DNA of 64,000 nt, taken from the NCBI RefSeq assembly GCF_009914755.1, contig NC_060944.1. One strand, given 5' to 3'. This document shows, piece after piece, positions 28,438-41,790 of this stretch; the first letter of the stretch is position 1; each line of letters opens with the position of its first letter. The notes below the pieces were generated by a model that was not told where the DNA came from, did not search any database, and saw nothing but the letters and a program-made list of their open reading frames with translations. Source of the stretch: the human T2T-CHM13v2.0 reference genome, Homo sapiens. The translations under genes were made by a program, and so were the position numbers.

Positions 28438-31400
28438 TTATCCCTTTATCGGTAATGGGAATGTGGGTTGTTTCCAGTTTGGGGAGATTATAAATAATGC
28501 TACTATAAAATGATCATAAACCAATCTTTGTGTGGACATAAGTTTTGATTTCTTTTTTCTTTTTTTTTTTTTTGATAAATCCAGATTGCTGGATTTTGTA
28601 GTAGGCTTATGTTTAACTTAAAAAAAAAAATACTGCTGAAATGTTTTCCAAAATGTGTCTACCATTTTATTTCCCACCAGCAGTACTCCTGGAAGTCTCT
28701 CACCACTGTCATTTTTTTTTTTTTTTTTTTTTTTTTTTGCCACTGCAGTTGGTGTACAGTGGTATCTCACTGTGGTGTTAATTTATATTTCTCTAATGAC
28801 TGATGATGTCAAGCATCCATATCTTTTATTTGGTACAGCATCTGTTCAAATATTTTGTACATTTTTTCATTTGCTTTATTTTTAAAGCTGAGGCAGTTAT
28901 TTATATATTCTGGATACATATCTTTCATCAGATATGTGTTGCAAATATTTTCAACCCTTCAGTGGTAGAAAATTTTCAGTTTTCACTTTTTTAACAGGGT
29001 TTTGAGAAGAGCAGAAGTTTTTAATTTTGGCGAAGTTCAATCTATTAATGTTTTTGTTTATGGTTCGGGCTGATTCCTAAGAAATCTGCCAAATTTCAAA
29101 AATAGTTTCCCTTGTATTTTACTTGGGAATTTTTATGCTTTTAGGTTTTACACTTAGGCCTATGTTCCATTTCAAGGTAATTTTTATATAAGCTGAATTT
29201 TGATGTCCAATTGTTCAAGCATCATTTGTTGAAATCCTTCACTATCCTTTCTCCATTGAATTACTGGTACTTTTGTTGAAAGTCAGTTGACCATATGATT
29301 CTATTCAAGAACTCTATTTCTGCCCTGTTGATATATATGTCTAACCTTATGTCAATACCACAATAACTTTAAAAAAATCTTATTAAGATATGTTTTACAT
29401 GCCATAAAATCCACCTATCTAAAGTTTAGTGGCTTTTTAGCATATTCATATTCACACAATCTAATGTTGGAATATTTTTATCACCCCGAAAAGAAACCCC
29501 ATAATGAATAATCACTCCCCATTCCACCCTCCCAGTCTCTGTCAACCTACTACTAACCTACTACTAAACTCCCACTAATCTGTCTCTGTGCATCTGCCTA
29601 TTCTGGACATTTCACATACACGAAAGTGCATAAAACATGATCTTCTGCATCTGGCTTATTGTACTCAGTGTATTGGTCTCAACAGTCATCTATTTTGTCA
29701 CACATGTTAGTACATCATTCCCCTTTGTGACTGAATAATATTATCCATTTCACAGTTGTTAGGCATTGGAGTTGTGTCCCTCTTTGGGCTATTATGAATA
29801 ATGCTGCCATGAACATTCATGTAAAAATTTTGGTGTGAATATATGTTTTTATATCTCCTGGGTATGTATATAGGACTGGAATTGCTGGGTCATATGATAG
29901 CTATATAGTTAGCATCTTGGAAAACTTCCAAACTGTTTTCCAAAGTGGTTCCAGTATTTTACATTGCCACCAGCAATATATAAAAATTTGGACTTTTTCA
30001 CATTCCTGTCTACACTTGTTATTATCTGTTTTTTTTTTTAAATTATAGCCTTCTCGGTGGGTGTGAAATAGGTCGTATTATGGTTCTGATCTGCATTTCC
30101 CTAATGACTAATGATGGTAGCATCTTTTCAGGTGTTGGCTATTTGTATGTCTTCTTTAGAAAAATCAGTATTCAAACCCCTTGCCCCTTTTTAAGATGCA
30201 TTTTTGCTTTTTATTCTTGAGGTTTAAGAGTTCTTTGTATATTCTAGATACAAGTTCATTATTAAATATATAAAATGCAAATATTTTCTCCCATTCTGTG
30301 GACTGCCTTTTCACTTCTTTGATGGTGTCCTTGAGGCAAACTTCCATTTTGATCAAGTCCACTTCATCCAGCTTTTGTTTTTTGTCACTAGTGCTTTGAT
30401 GCCAAAGAAACCATTGCCTAACCCAGTATCATGAAGATAAACTCCTACATTTTCTTCTAGGAGATCTATAATTTTAGCTCTTACATTTAGTTGTATGAGT
30501 CATTTCAAGATAATTTTTTGCATAATGTGAGGCAGGGAACAACTGCTTTCTTTTGCATATGTATATCTACTTTTCTCAGCAACACTGGTTGAAAAGACCA
30601 TTTTCCTTCATTGGTTTTATTTTCTGGCACCCTCATCAAAAATCAGTTGAAGATTTATTTTTGGACTCTCCATTCTTTTCCACTAATCTGTATGTCTATC
30701 ACAACATCACTGCCATCATATCTTAATTACTGTAGTTTTGTAGTAAGCTTTTAAATTGGGAAATGTGAGTACCCCAACTTTGCTCTTTTTTTTCAAGTTT
30801 GCTTTGACTATTCTAGGTCGGTTCCTTGTATTTCCTAAATACTTATAGTCATTGCTGTTGGGTAGAGTGCTATAGATGTCCATTAGCTATAGTTGGTGTA
30901 AGTGTGCTAAAGTCTTCTATTTCTTTGTCGACCTTTAACTTTGCTGGACTACCCACTGAAAGCGGGATATTAAGGTCTCCAAATATTATTGTTGAATTGT
31001 CTATTTTTTCTTTCAATTATGTCAGCTTTTGCTTTGCTTATTTTGAGGCTGTGTTGCTAGGTACATATCTGTTTATAATTGTTATAACTTCTTCATGAAT
31101 GGCACTTTTATCATTTAAGATCTTTTTTGTCCTCAGTATTTGTTTTTTCTTAAATTCTTTTCCATCTGATATTAATATAGCTACCCCAGCTTTTTTTGAT
31201 TACTGTTTGAAACCAAGCAGTATGTTCTTTTCACTCTTTTGTATTCAAGCTGTTTATTTCTTTGAACCTACAGCGTGTGTCTTTTAGGCAGCACATAGCT
31301 GGATCAAGTAATTGTATCCGTTCTCTTAATCTCTGCCTTTTGACTGTTGTGCCTAATTGACTTTTATATAAAGTAATTACTGATAAGGGAGGATTTATGT

Positions 31401-32823
31401 TTTCCATTTTGCTATTTGGAAATTCCAAAACAGAGGAACAAAAGACACACAGATTGTAGGAAACAAGTATCTGTGTCTCTGCATATCTGTGTCTCTTTTG
31501 TTTCTCTGTTTTGAGATTCCTGCATTTTGTGTACAGATACCTTCTAGTCTACCTTTTAATCCTTTTGCTGTTGTTGTTGTTTACTATTTTTTGTGATATC
31601 TTCTTAGTGGTTGACCCAGTGATTGCAATTAACATATTAACATATAACAATCTGGTTCACATTAGTATGAGTTCAATTTCAATAATGTACAAATCTTTGC
31701 TCCAAGTTGCTCTGTTCTCTCCTCTTTTTTGTACTATTATTGTCATATAAATTAAACCTTAATACCTTATAAAGCCATAAGTACAGTTTTATAATAAGTG
31801 CTTCATGCAGTTGCCTTTTAAAACAGTTGGGAAAGATTAGAAGCAAATGTGTATTTACCCTGACTTTCATAACATCTATGTAACTGCATTTAGCAATCCT
31901 TTTTATTTCTTTTATAGTTTTGAGTTACTATCTAGTGACCTTTCATTTCAGCTAAAGAGCTCTGCTTAGACTATCTTGCGTGAAGTGTCTACTAGTCATA
32001 CATCTCTTCAGTTTACTTTATCTGGGAGTATCTTACTACTTTTTTTGGCAGGGGGAGCGATGTTAAGCTGCATATACCTTTTTGGTTGAGTTTTTTGCTT
32101 TCAACACCTTGAAGATATCATCCCATGCCTTTGGCTTTCATGTTTTCTGACTTTCACCATCACTTAGCAGAAATGAGTGAAAAGGTTCTCTCCTTTTTCA
32201 TGGTCTCTGGGGCAGCCTTTTGGGCAACAGTAATGAGACACTTCTACAACCTACACTAGCAAAGTGCCAGAGGAGAATAAATAGGGAGCCAGAACTTTCA
32301 CACTGCATAGCAGGAACTAGACTCCCACCTTCCCGCTGTCAACAAAGGCCTAGTAGAGAACATGGTCTTCTACCATCTCTTGGTGGTGACAAGAAAATAC
32401 TGTCTCTCTCTACCCTAAAAGATCTGTGCCGGAGAAAGACAGATAAAACAAGAAGTTTAAATAAGATCCAACGTGTCATAACATAATACCTGTAATGCCC
32501 AGATTTCAACAGAAAATCATTAATTACAGCAAGAACAAGAAGATTTACAGTTAAATGAAAAAAGACAATGAATCAATGTCAACATCAAGATACAAGAGAA
32601 GTTAGAATTATCTGACAAAATATTAAATCACTCATGGTAAAAGTGCTTCAATGAGCAATTACAAATAAATTTAAAACAAGTGGAAAAAATAGAGTATCAG
32701 CAAAAAGGAAAATGGAAGATTTAAAGGAGAACCAAATGGGAATTTTAGAACTGAAAAGTGCAGTCAACAAAATTAAAAATTCAATGGCTGAACTCAACAG
32801 AAGAATTGAGAGGAAAGGAAATA

Positions 32824-34570
32824 CAGTCATGCAGTGCATACCATTTCAATTAACGACAGACCGTATATAAGACGTGGTCCTATATGATTATAATGGAGCT
32901 GAAAGATTCCTATTGCCTAGTGACATTGTAGCCAGTATACTATCATAGCATAACACATCATTCATGTGTTTGTTGTGATGCCAGTGTAAACAAGTCTGCT
33001 GTGCTGCCATTTATATAAAAGTCTAACACATATAATTATGTACAGTACATCATACTTGATAATGATAATTAACAACTATGTTACTGGCTTATGTATTTAC
33101 TATACTCTGCTTTTATCATAATTTGAGAGTATACTCTTTGTACTTACCAAAAAAAAAGTTAGCTATAAAACAGCCTAAGGCAGGTCCTTCAGCAGGTATC
33201 CAGAAGACCCAGCCATCCCTTTACTGGGTATATACCAAAGGATTATAAATCATGCTGCTATAAAGACACATGCACACATATGTTTACTGCGGCACTATTC
33301 ACAATAGCAAAGACTTGGAACCAACCCAAATGTCCAACAACGATAGACTAGATTAAGAAAATGTGGCACATATACGCCATGGAATACTATGCAGCCATAA
33401 AAAATGATGAGTTCATGTCCTTTGTAGGGACAGGGATGAAACTGGAAACCGTAATTCTCAGCAAACTATCGCAAGGACAAAAAACCAAACACCGCATGTT
33501 CTCACTCATAGGTGGGAATTGAACAATAAGAACACATGGACACAGGAAGGGGAACATCACACTCTGGGGACTGTTGTGGGGTGGGGGGAGGGGGGAGGGA
33601 TAGTATTAGGAGATATACCTAATGTTAATTGACGAGTTAATGGGTGCAGCACACCAACATTGGCACATGTATACGTATGTAACAAACCTGCACATTGTGC
33701 ACATGTATCCTAGAACTTAAAGTATAATAATAATAAAATTTTAAAAAAAAGAAGGCATTGTTATCCCAGGAGATGACAGCTCCATGGGTGTTACTGCCCC
33801 TGAAAACCTTCCAATGGGACAAGATGTGAAGGCAGAAGACAGTGATATTGGTGATCTTGACCTTGTGGAGACCTAGGCTAATATGTGTGCTTATGTCTTA
33901 GTTTTTAACAAAGTTTAAAAAGTAAAAATTAAAATAAAATAAAATAAAAACAAATAGAATAAAAGCTTATAGAGTAAGGATATTTTTATACAGCTGTACA
34001 ATGTGTTTGTGTTATTATAAAAGAGTCAAAAAGTTTTAAAAAAATTAAAAGTTTATAAGGCTAAAAAGTTACAATAAGCTGTTTATTATTGAGAACATAA
34101 AAATAATTAAAAATAAATAGAGTGTAGCCTAAGTGTATAGTGTTATTATAAAGTCTATAGTAGTGTACAGTAATGTCTGATGGCTTCACATTATCTCACC
34201 ACTCATTCACTGGCTCACTCAGAGAAACTTCCAGTCCTGCAAGCTCCATTCATGGTAAATGCCCTATACAGGTGTCTCATTTTTACAATCTTTTATATTT
34301 ACTGTACCCTTTCTATGTTCAGATATGTTTAGAGACACAAATAATCACCGTTGTGTTACAATTGCCTACAGTATTCAATACAGTCACATGCTGTACAGCC
34401 TCTTGCTCCTTGTAGTCTAGAAGCAAGAGGCTCTACCATGTGGCCAGGTGTGTAGTAGGCTGCGCCATCTTGGTTTGTCTAAGTGCATTCTATGATATTC
34501 ACATAATGACACAATTGCCTAAGGATGCATTTCTGAGAATGAATCCCCATCGTTAAGCAACACATGACTG
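32824..34570 (+). mobile_element. Tigger3/MER7-family element (Tigger3b-like) with both termini, interrupted by L1PA
   Basis: TA-CAGTCATG ... CATGACTG-TA terminal inverted repeats with TA duplication (32822-23, 34571-72); about 1.2 kb after removing the L1. Confidence 0.9.
33206..33750 (+). mobile_element. 5'-truncated young L1PA (PA3-PA5-like) 3' end
   Basis: gacccagccatcc...tgctgctataaagacacatgcacac...ggggtggggggaggggggaggg...cctagaacttaaagtataataa plus A tail; low apparent divergence. Confidence 0.95.
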
Positions 34571-34789
34571 TAATAAGTAAACTGGAAGATAGAAATTATC
34601 CAAAATGAACAACAGAAATAAAACAGACTAAAATAGAACAACAACAATGAAACAGGAAAAAAACGAACAGGGCCTCCCGAACCTGTAGGACTATAACAAC
34701 AACAATAAATCTAATATCACATTATCAAAGTCCCAGAAGGGGAGAAGAAAAAGGGTAGGGCTGAAAAACCCTTCACAACTCATTTTTTT

Positions 34790-36640
34790 ATTGCTTCATA
34801 TCATCAAAGTTTGCTTATATTTGCACCTACATTTGAGAGCTTCTGTTTGTTATTTTTTCTTCCATTTCAAGTCATCCACCTGGGATCACTTTACTTTACT
34901 TCGGTCTGAATTATAATCTCTCTTAGTTTGCATATGTGAAAATATATTTACTTTTCCTTCCTTCTGAAAACATACTTTGCCCTCCTCCATCTGCTTAGGA
35001 TTGATTTTATTTGTTCTGGAGAATTTTGATCATACCTTTCAAAATATTGCCTCTTACCTTGTCTCTTTCCTCCCCATCTTTAGTATAGTTGGAATTCTCA
35101 GTCCTTCCTTTTCTCCTTCCCCTCTTTCATATTTGCCATCCCTTAGTATTTTTGTGTTGTATTCTGTTTAACATACTCAGAATTATCTTCCACTTCAATA
35201 ATTTTCCCTTCACCTTTATTTACTCTATTTCATCCAATTAGTTATTTTAAAAATATGCACTGTGTGCGTGCATGTGTGTGTGTATGTGTTTCTAGAAGTT
35301 CTATTTATTTCTTTTTTATGTGACCCTTTTTAAACGTTCACTTGCTTTACACCGTACCCATATTTTCAAACTTGCATTTCTTTAAACATATTAAACAGGT
35401 TTATTTTGTATTCTGAATCTGATAATTCTGATATCAGAATTCCCGTGGGCATGTTTATTAGTCAATTCTCACATTGCTATAAAGAACTACCAGAGACTGG
35501 GCAGTTTATAAAGAAATGAGCTTTAATTGACTCACAGTTCTGCAGCCTGTACAGGAAGCATGGTTAGGGAGGCCTCAGGAAACTTATAGTCACAGAGGGT
35601 GGGTGAAGGGGAAGCAAGAACCTTCCTCACATGGTGACAGGAGAGAGAAAGAGTGAAGGGTGAAGTGCCACACACTTTTAAAGCACCGGATCTCGTGAGA
35701 ACTCACTATCACAAGAACAGCAAGGAGAAAATGTGGCCCCATGATCCAATCACCTCCCACCAGGTCCCTCTCCCAACAACAGGAATTACAATTCAACAAG
35801 AGATTTAGGTGGGGACACAGAGCCAAACCATATCAGCATGAATCTGCTATTATTTCTTCCATCTTCCATTCATGGTTCATTTTCTCAATTGCCACTTGTG
35901 ATGTTTGATTGCAAGTTTTAATATTTTTGGAACTGCATCTTTTCATTATTATCTGAGCTTTAAATTAACGATGATTCCTTTAAAAAGGACCTGGGCATGC
36001 TCCTGTGGCAACACAGGGAGCACCACCCTGCACTACTTGACATTAAATTATCAGCTTGAGGTTACTTTGGGTGATCAAAAGTGTGAAATTGGGCTACAAA
36101 TCTGCTTGAAGTCTGGCTTGTAATAATGTGTTATCAGGAGAGATATGTTTCCTGCACTCTGCCCTAAGTAAATTATCCTCCCCCAGGGGAGAGTAGCAAT
36201 AGTGGGAAGAAGTCAGCTGGAGGAGGGTGGGGACAGGCTTACTCTTAGTGAAAGTATATCCTGATGTTGAGCATGCAGCCCGTTAGCTGCAGCCATATGT
36301 AGGAGTCTTTCATTGGCTTTCTTTGCAGGGGAGAATCCTGCTCCTTGATTCCTACCCCCTTAACCATTTGCCCTATGAAGCCACAGAAACTGAACTCCTA
36401 GCCACCGTCACCAGATTTGCCAATGCCCTCGAGAGAAATGGCTTTAGTGATGCTCTGTTCCACTCCCTTGATTTCCACTTCCACTGAAGTTTGTACTTAT
36501 CAGTTGTTTTTCTGTTGCTTTTTATTGTTTTTTCTTTATTTACAGACCAAAGAATATATAATTTAAAGATTTAAAAAGTATGTAATTCTGCACCGTTCAA
36601 AAAGATGTTCATTCACTGTATCTATTCACCTTGCAGTTGC
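34790..36640 (-). mobile_element. Very old L1/HAL1-like fragment, split by MSTA
   Basis: T-rich antisense ORF1-like text (tttctagaagttctattt, ttattttgtattctgaatctgataattc) continues after the LTR. Confidence 0.5.
35454..35835 (-). mobile_element. MSTA MaLR solo LTR
   Basis: Antisense MSTA (ttctcacattgctataaagaactacc...ggggacacagagccaaaccatatca) with exact 5-bp TSD GCATG at 35449-35453 and 35836-35840. Confidence 0.94.
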
Positions 36641-36649
36641 AAATGTGAG

Positions 36650-37040
36650 CTCTGGCCTTTCTCTGTCCCTCACATACACCAAGCTCATCCCCCATCCCCC
36701 ATTCAGGCTCATGGGACACTCCTTGTCCAATTCCTGTATGCCTGATGATACCTGGTCTTACATGTCTCAGCTCACATCCTCCTTTCTCAGAGCAGTCTTT
36801 CTGACCTATTAAAAACTAACCATGACATCGGAAAGCCTATTTTCCTGTTTTTTTTCCCCTTATCCATAGCATTTCTCGTTGTCCGAAATTAACTTGTGGA
36901 GATATGTTACAGCCTCTTTTTGTGTGTCTTCAGCCACTAGAATCAAAACTCTACAAGAGCAGGGAACTTGTGCCTTTTATTGACTGCTTTTGTGGTGCCA
37001 AAGCATATGCCAGCTGTCAATATGTGTTTGCTGAATGAAT
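36650..37040 (+). mobile_element. L2 3' end
   Basis: cactagaatcaaaactctacaagagcagggaacttg...tttgctgaatgaatgaatgaa terminal repeat. Confidence 0.75.
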
Positions 37041-38114
37041 GAATGAAAGGATGAATAACTGAGACTCTGGGAGGACTTAAGAACTCTTGATGGAAGGAAG
37101 CCATACTCTCTCCTATGTCTCATTCCATGTTTGCTTTCATCTGGGGAAATTTAAATGTTCAGCTGGTGAAATATAAGAATCGGTCTCTGTGCATTCTCAC
37201 AGGCATGCTTGTTCATTTTCTTCTCTACTTCCACTGTGCACATTTCACATTGGTGGAACATTATGAATAACCCACGCTGACAGTTGATGACTTCAGCTCA
37301 CCTTCTATTGCCCTGCTTCTGGCCCTAATAGCTACACATATAGAACCTTAGGGCCAGAAAGTGCCTTTGGGTCTTCTAGGTTGCAAATTCTTTTGAACAC
37401 CTATTGATGAGCTGCACCATTTCTCCAGAAAAGAAAATGTGGGTGTGGCATGCGCTGTAATAATAAAATACCTTTCTGGTGAAATTGACCCGATCCAAAC
37501 TGGCTTCAATACAAAGCAATTGTTGGGGTCAATATCTGAAATGTCTGTGGAAGAGCTGGCTTCAGGGGCAACTTTAACTTCATGGGGTTACAATCCCACT
37601 TTACCCCCAGCCACAGCAGTTCTTTTCACAGTGTGGCCCTTGGCCGTATCAGGGCCTTCCCATATAATTCTAGGAGGTAGCTCCAGTCTCCTTCCACTGA
37701 CACTCAGTTTTAGCCCAGCAGGCAAGAGCAAGTCTCTTCTAGTAATGCTCCTAAATTCCTGTCATTCACTGGGATTGGACTGGCTGAGGCCTGCGTCACT
37801 GCGGAACCAACCATTATAACGTGGGATTCTGCCTGGCTCACATCCAGCCATCCCTGCAGTGCGGGGGTGCCCAGAACTCAGGAGAAAGCCACACCCACAA
37901 CTCACACACATGGTGGGGGAGTAAAAGTTAGGTTGAAGATTTTTCATGTAAATACAATTCAGAGACAAAGATATTCAAAAGCATTTGATACAAGCAAGGG
38001 AGCCTGGTGACTAGAAGAAACTGGAGAAACAGAACTGAACTCGTCCCCACGGTCAGAGATTAAAACCTGGCTGGGGGATGGTGGTTATCTCAGGATATAA
38101 AACTTAAGGGGGTT

Positions 38115-38900
38115 GGGAGTTGTTTATTCAACAAAGATGTGTTGAGCAGGTCGCCCATGCCAGTCACAGTGTCAGGATGCTGGGGTGAGTTCTGGACCAT
38201 CCATTTCAGTGAGGAACAGAGACAATGTGAATCCATATCTAAATGAGATCATTTCAGGCCAATTAAGTGTATTAAAGGCATTAAGAGAGGGTGTTACAGA
38301 GAATGGCAGAGGTGATGGGGAGCTTCTTTAACTGGAGTAGTCAAGGAGGGTTTCTTAGAGGAGGTGGCATTTGAGCAGTGCCTGAGTGAGCAGGACGAAC
38401 CCAGGTAAAGTGTAGAGGGCAGAGAGTTCCAACTAACGGCAGCAGATGAGTCCAGAAGCCTGATCCAGGATACGTTTAGTGTGTCTGAGAACTGAAGGAA
38501 TACCTGTACTGGCTAGAGTGCAGCAGGCGGGACAGAGGGGGCATGGCCCAATCTTGCATATGGATGGATTACACTGAGGAGTCTGGGTTTTGCTCCCAAT
38601 GCTACATGGAGCCATTGTAGTATTTTAATTAAGCAGGGGGTTTATGTTTTCAAATGATCTATCGAGAAACAATGTATAGCTTGAACTGGAGAGAAACAAA
38701 TTGGAATCTGGGCCACAGGTGAGGAGATGGGCAGAGGTGGACACTTGTTTGAAAAAGCTGAAGATGGAGCTGCCAGGACGTGCCATTGGGTGGGATATGA
38801 GCAGTGGCGGAGAGAGAGGCTTTTGGCTTAAGCAACTGGTGGATGGTGTGTTTTTACTGAGATGGAGGACTTGTGGGGCGAATCTGGAAGCATGCTAGTC
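38115..38900 (-). mobile_element. L2 fragment
   Basis: tttattcaacaaagatgtgttgagc...agtcaaggagggtttcttagaggaggtggcatttgagcag...ttttggcttaagcaactggtggatggtg. Confidence 0.75.
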
Positions 38901-39434
38901 TAGGAGGGAGGAGTCAGTAGAATCCATTACCTTCCAAGAAATTGCCAGGACAGGAGATGACCCACAAGCCAAGCCAGCAGAGACAGCACTGAGACGGGTG
39001 GAGTGAGTCTTGTCGGTTAATGCAGCGTCAACATTCCGTATTCGGCTTCAACTTCGCAATACATTCGTTCATTTTAAAGGGACATTTTAACCCTGAGTTA
39101 CCACTTGATCAGGTTTGGATCTCTCTAGAGAAAAGCTGGGCATCTTTTCTGGACACTTCTCAGCTCTCTCTTGTTGTAAGAACTAAGTAGCCAAACTCTC
39201 CCTGACTGGGACTGCAAAGATGTAAATGCCGCAGCCGTGAGACTCACCTCCATCAGGCCGAAGCTTTGGGAGCCTGGAGGCTGGAGCAAGGCCATGCAAG
39301 GCGTCCTCTGAACCTGTGATTCTAACATGCTCTGGGAACAGATTCAAGGGACATGTCCAGGCCTCTCTGCAAGGGAATGGCAGGGTGAGCTAATTCAGAG
39401 GCACCTCTGCCACCCCCATGGATGGCTCTATTGA

Positions 39435-40110
39435 CAGAGCCAAAGATTTTTTGGACAAAAGTGAAAGAAACTCACTCAAAGTAGTTGAAGAAATAAAAGG
39501 GTGTATTTATTGAAAAGATGAAGGAGAATCTTACCAAAGCCAAGGACAGGGTGTGCCCTGGACAAGGGCAGGGTGGGAGCAAGCGAGATGTTCTGCTGAC
39601 AAGAAGGTCCCACGGTTTCTGGTCAATTTTGCTGGAAGTCCTGCTCCATGTCTCTGTCCCTGTCTCTTCATCTCTCCATCCCTTGCTGTGAGTCTGAGTG
39701 CTTATCTCTGTCCTTTTGTGGTTTGAGTGTGTCAGGGGGTGCACACCTACCACCATTTCTCTGGATGCCTCCATAGGTGTTTCTGTTCCTCTGCTTCAGT
39801 GTTCATCTCCTGTCTCCTTCTCCTCCTTTCTCTATGCTCTCTTTCCACGTAACTGGTGACGGCTGAGCCAACATGGCAGCCTCTGGCCTAAGAAGTAAAA
39901 TTATTTCCAGGTTAAGCCCCTTGCAGAGGCTAACTCCAACCTGATTGGACGAGTGAGAGTCAGTCATCCACAGTGGTCCAATCAGCAATTGCTAATGGGA
40001 GGGCCGATGCCATCCTCCCATGATTGCAAGGGGCAGGCCTGTGTTTGGAACGGGAAGGAATTCCTCGTAGACGGGATGGTTGTGAGCGGGACAGAAACTC
40101 CACCACAAGG
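39435..40110 (-). mobile_element. Old MLT1-type MaLR LTR
   Basis: aagtgaaagaaactcactcaaagtag...tttattgaaaagat...aacatggcagcc...ctgattggac...cagtggtccaatcagc. Confidence 0.5.
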
Positions 40111-41659
40111 GTTCTGGGGGTACTACAGGGACTAAAGGAAGCAGTGTGATCAGTGTGAAAGCAGCAAGGCCATGATTTATTTCTTGGGCGTGTAGTTTTC
40201 TCCCGAGGCCTCTGCTTGGTTATTTTACCCAGCATCGGTGCCAAAGGAGATTTCCCCAAAGGGAAAAGTACTGCAGTGCTCGACGCATTACAGTCCTTTC
40301 CCGTTTGCAAGCTCTCCCACACATTCCTTCTTCTGTTCCCAAATCACAGGAGACGACGAGAAAGAGAACAGACCACCTGTCCAGATAATTTGCCTTTGGA
40401 GTCTGCAGGGCTGGTGAAGGCATCCTGAGATGGGGGAGGCCCCTGGGGACCTCCACAGTCAGGGCTCCCACCTCCTCTCCCACACCGCTCTGCCTCATGC
40501 CCTGGGTTGCCTGTCTGACTGTCTCAAGACTGGGGGTTCTCCGGTGAGCAGATGGCTGCTTAGCGTAAGTAGAACAACATATTTTTAAAATAATATTTAA
40601 CAGAAGGGAAGAAGGAGGCCTTACCGCAGTCAAACCACCCTTCCTAGCTTGAATCCAATGCATCCTCCCATAGTGTAAAGGCCGCCCCCACACTCTCTCG
40701 TGACAACCGTGGGGTGTGAGGTGCGGGGTATGTTGCTTAATTCAAAGACAGGAAAGCAGCTTGGGTGCATCTTTAGAAGCGTGAGCACCCCCAGTATCCA
40801 CTCTCGGTATTTCTCCAGATCCTCCTTCGTCAGGCACCTTTCCCTGCCTGTCCATTTACTTTTATTATTAAATTTTCCATCATTCTACTCTTTGGACCCT
40901 TTCCTTTATATGGTCTTTTATTCTCTCTAAGTTTGAGGCTTATTCTTCAGCTACTAAGTTCCTTACACATGATATTATTTATTTCTCACTCTGCGTGTCA
41001 GCCCCTCCTCTCCCGCATTCAGAATCTTTCCCCGTTGACTTCTTTGTCACTCCAGGCTCTAGGTAGAGGAAGTGGCTGAATTTCCAAATGAATTGTTTCC
41101 ATGATAAAAAGGGAGGACCTCTCCACACATTTTGCATTTCTGTTCACATTTTTTTAAAACAAAGAAGAAAGAAAATAAAGACAACTCACCAAATTTCAGC
41201 CACTTACTTAATTTGTGTTTTCTTTAAGCAAATCACATTCATATTCTAAAATAAGTGATGTCAAAAAGAGATTATATACCATTACCTTAAGTGGCAAAGC
41301 AGTTAGTATCCCTTTGCCATGAGGAGAAAGTAAATGTAAAACTAAATACAGTGGACAAGAGCTATTGATACGATGAAATCCCAGCTCCATGAGGTGACTT
41401 GAAGAAGCCTCTGAGCCTGAAGCCCCTAGGCTCCTGGTTAAAAGGAAGAATTATCCAGTGCTAAAAAGTAATGGAAGCCTCACAGACACCAGGCTGGAAC
41501 TTTCTTCTTGTAATCGCAGTCCTTTCTCTGTGTGATTGATTTGATATTTCACACCTCGTCTGTGTACAGGGAAGGCCTTCTCTGGCTTGTCTTCTCCCTC
41601 TGAGACCAGCTGGGAACCGACCCTGAATCATGGATGTTTGTTGCTGGAAAGGTCTTCAG

Positions 41660-41790
41660 CTGCCCCCTAATCCCTTCATTTCACACTCGGAGTAACTAGG
41701 GCTCAGAGAGGTTAAGTGTCTTTTTGGCGGTCTCACAGCTTGTTAGTGTTGGAGGCCGCTTGCAGGTGAGGAGCGGGTTTCTCAACCCTG
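41660..41790 (-). mobile_element. MIR core fragment
   Basis: cttcatttcaca...aactagggctcagagaggttaagtg...tcacagcttgttagtg. Confidence 0.65.

Larger units (their letters stand above)
32160..34770 (+). mobile_element. Old L1 5' UTR / ORF1 N-terminal half, split by Tigger3
   Basis: aaccaaatgggaattttagaactgaaaag...aattcaatggctgaactcaacag before 32822 continues as ataagtaaactggaagatagaa...aaagtcccagaagggg after 34572. Confidence 0.75.

Noticed and set aside
39248-39313. Minus-strand 66-nt exon with GAG|GTGAGT donor
   Set aside because: The acceptor lacks a pyrimidine tract and the peptide is unrecognisable.
41070-41205. 11-bp inverted repeat aagtggctgaa/ttcagccactt about 120 bp apart
   Set aside because: No TSD or internal symmetry supporting a MITE; likely chance.
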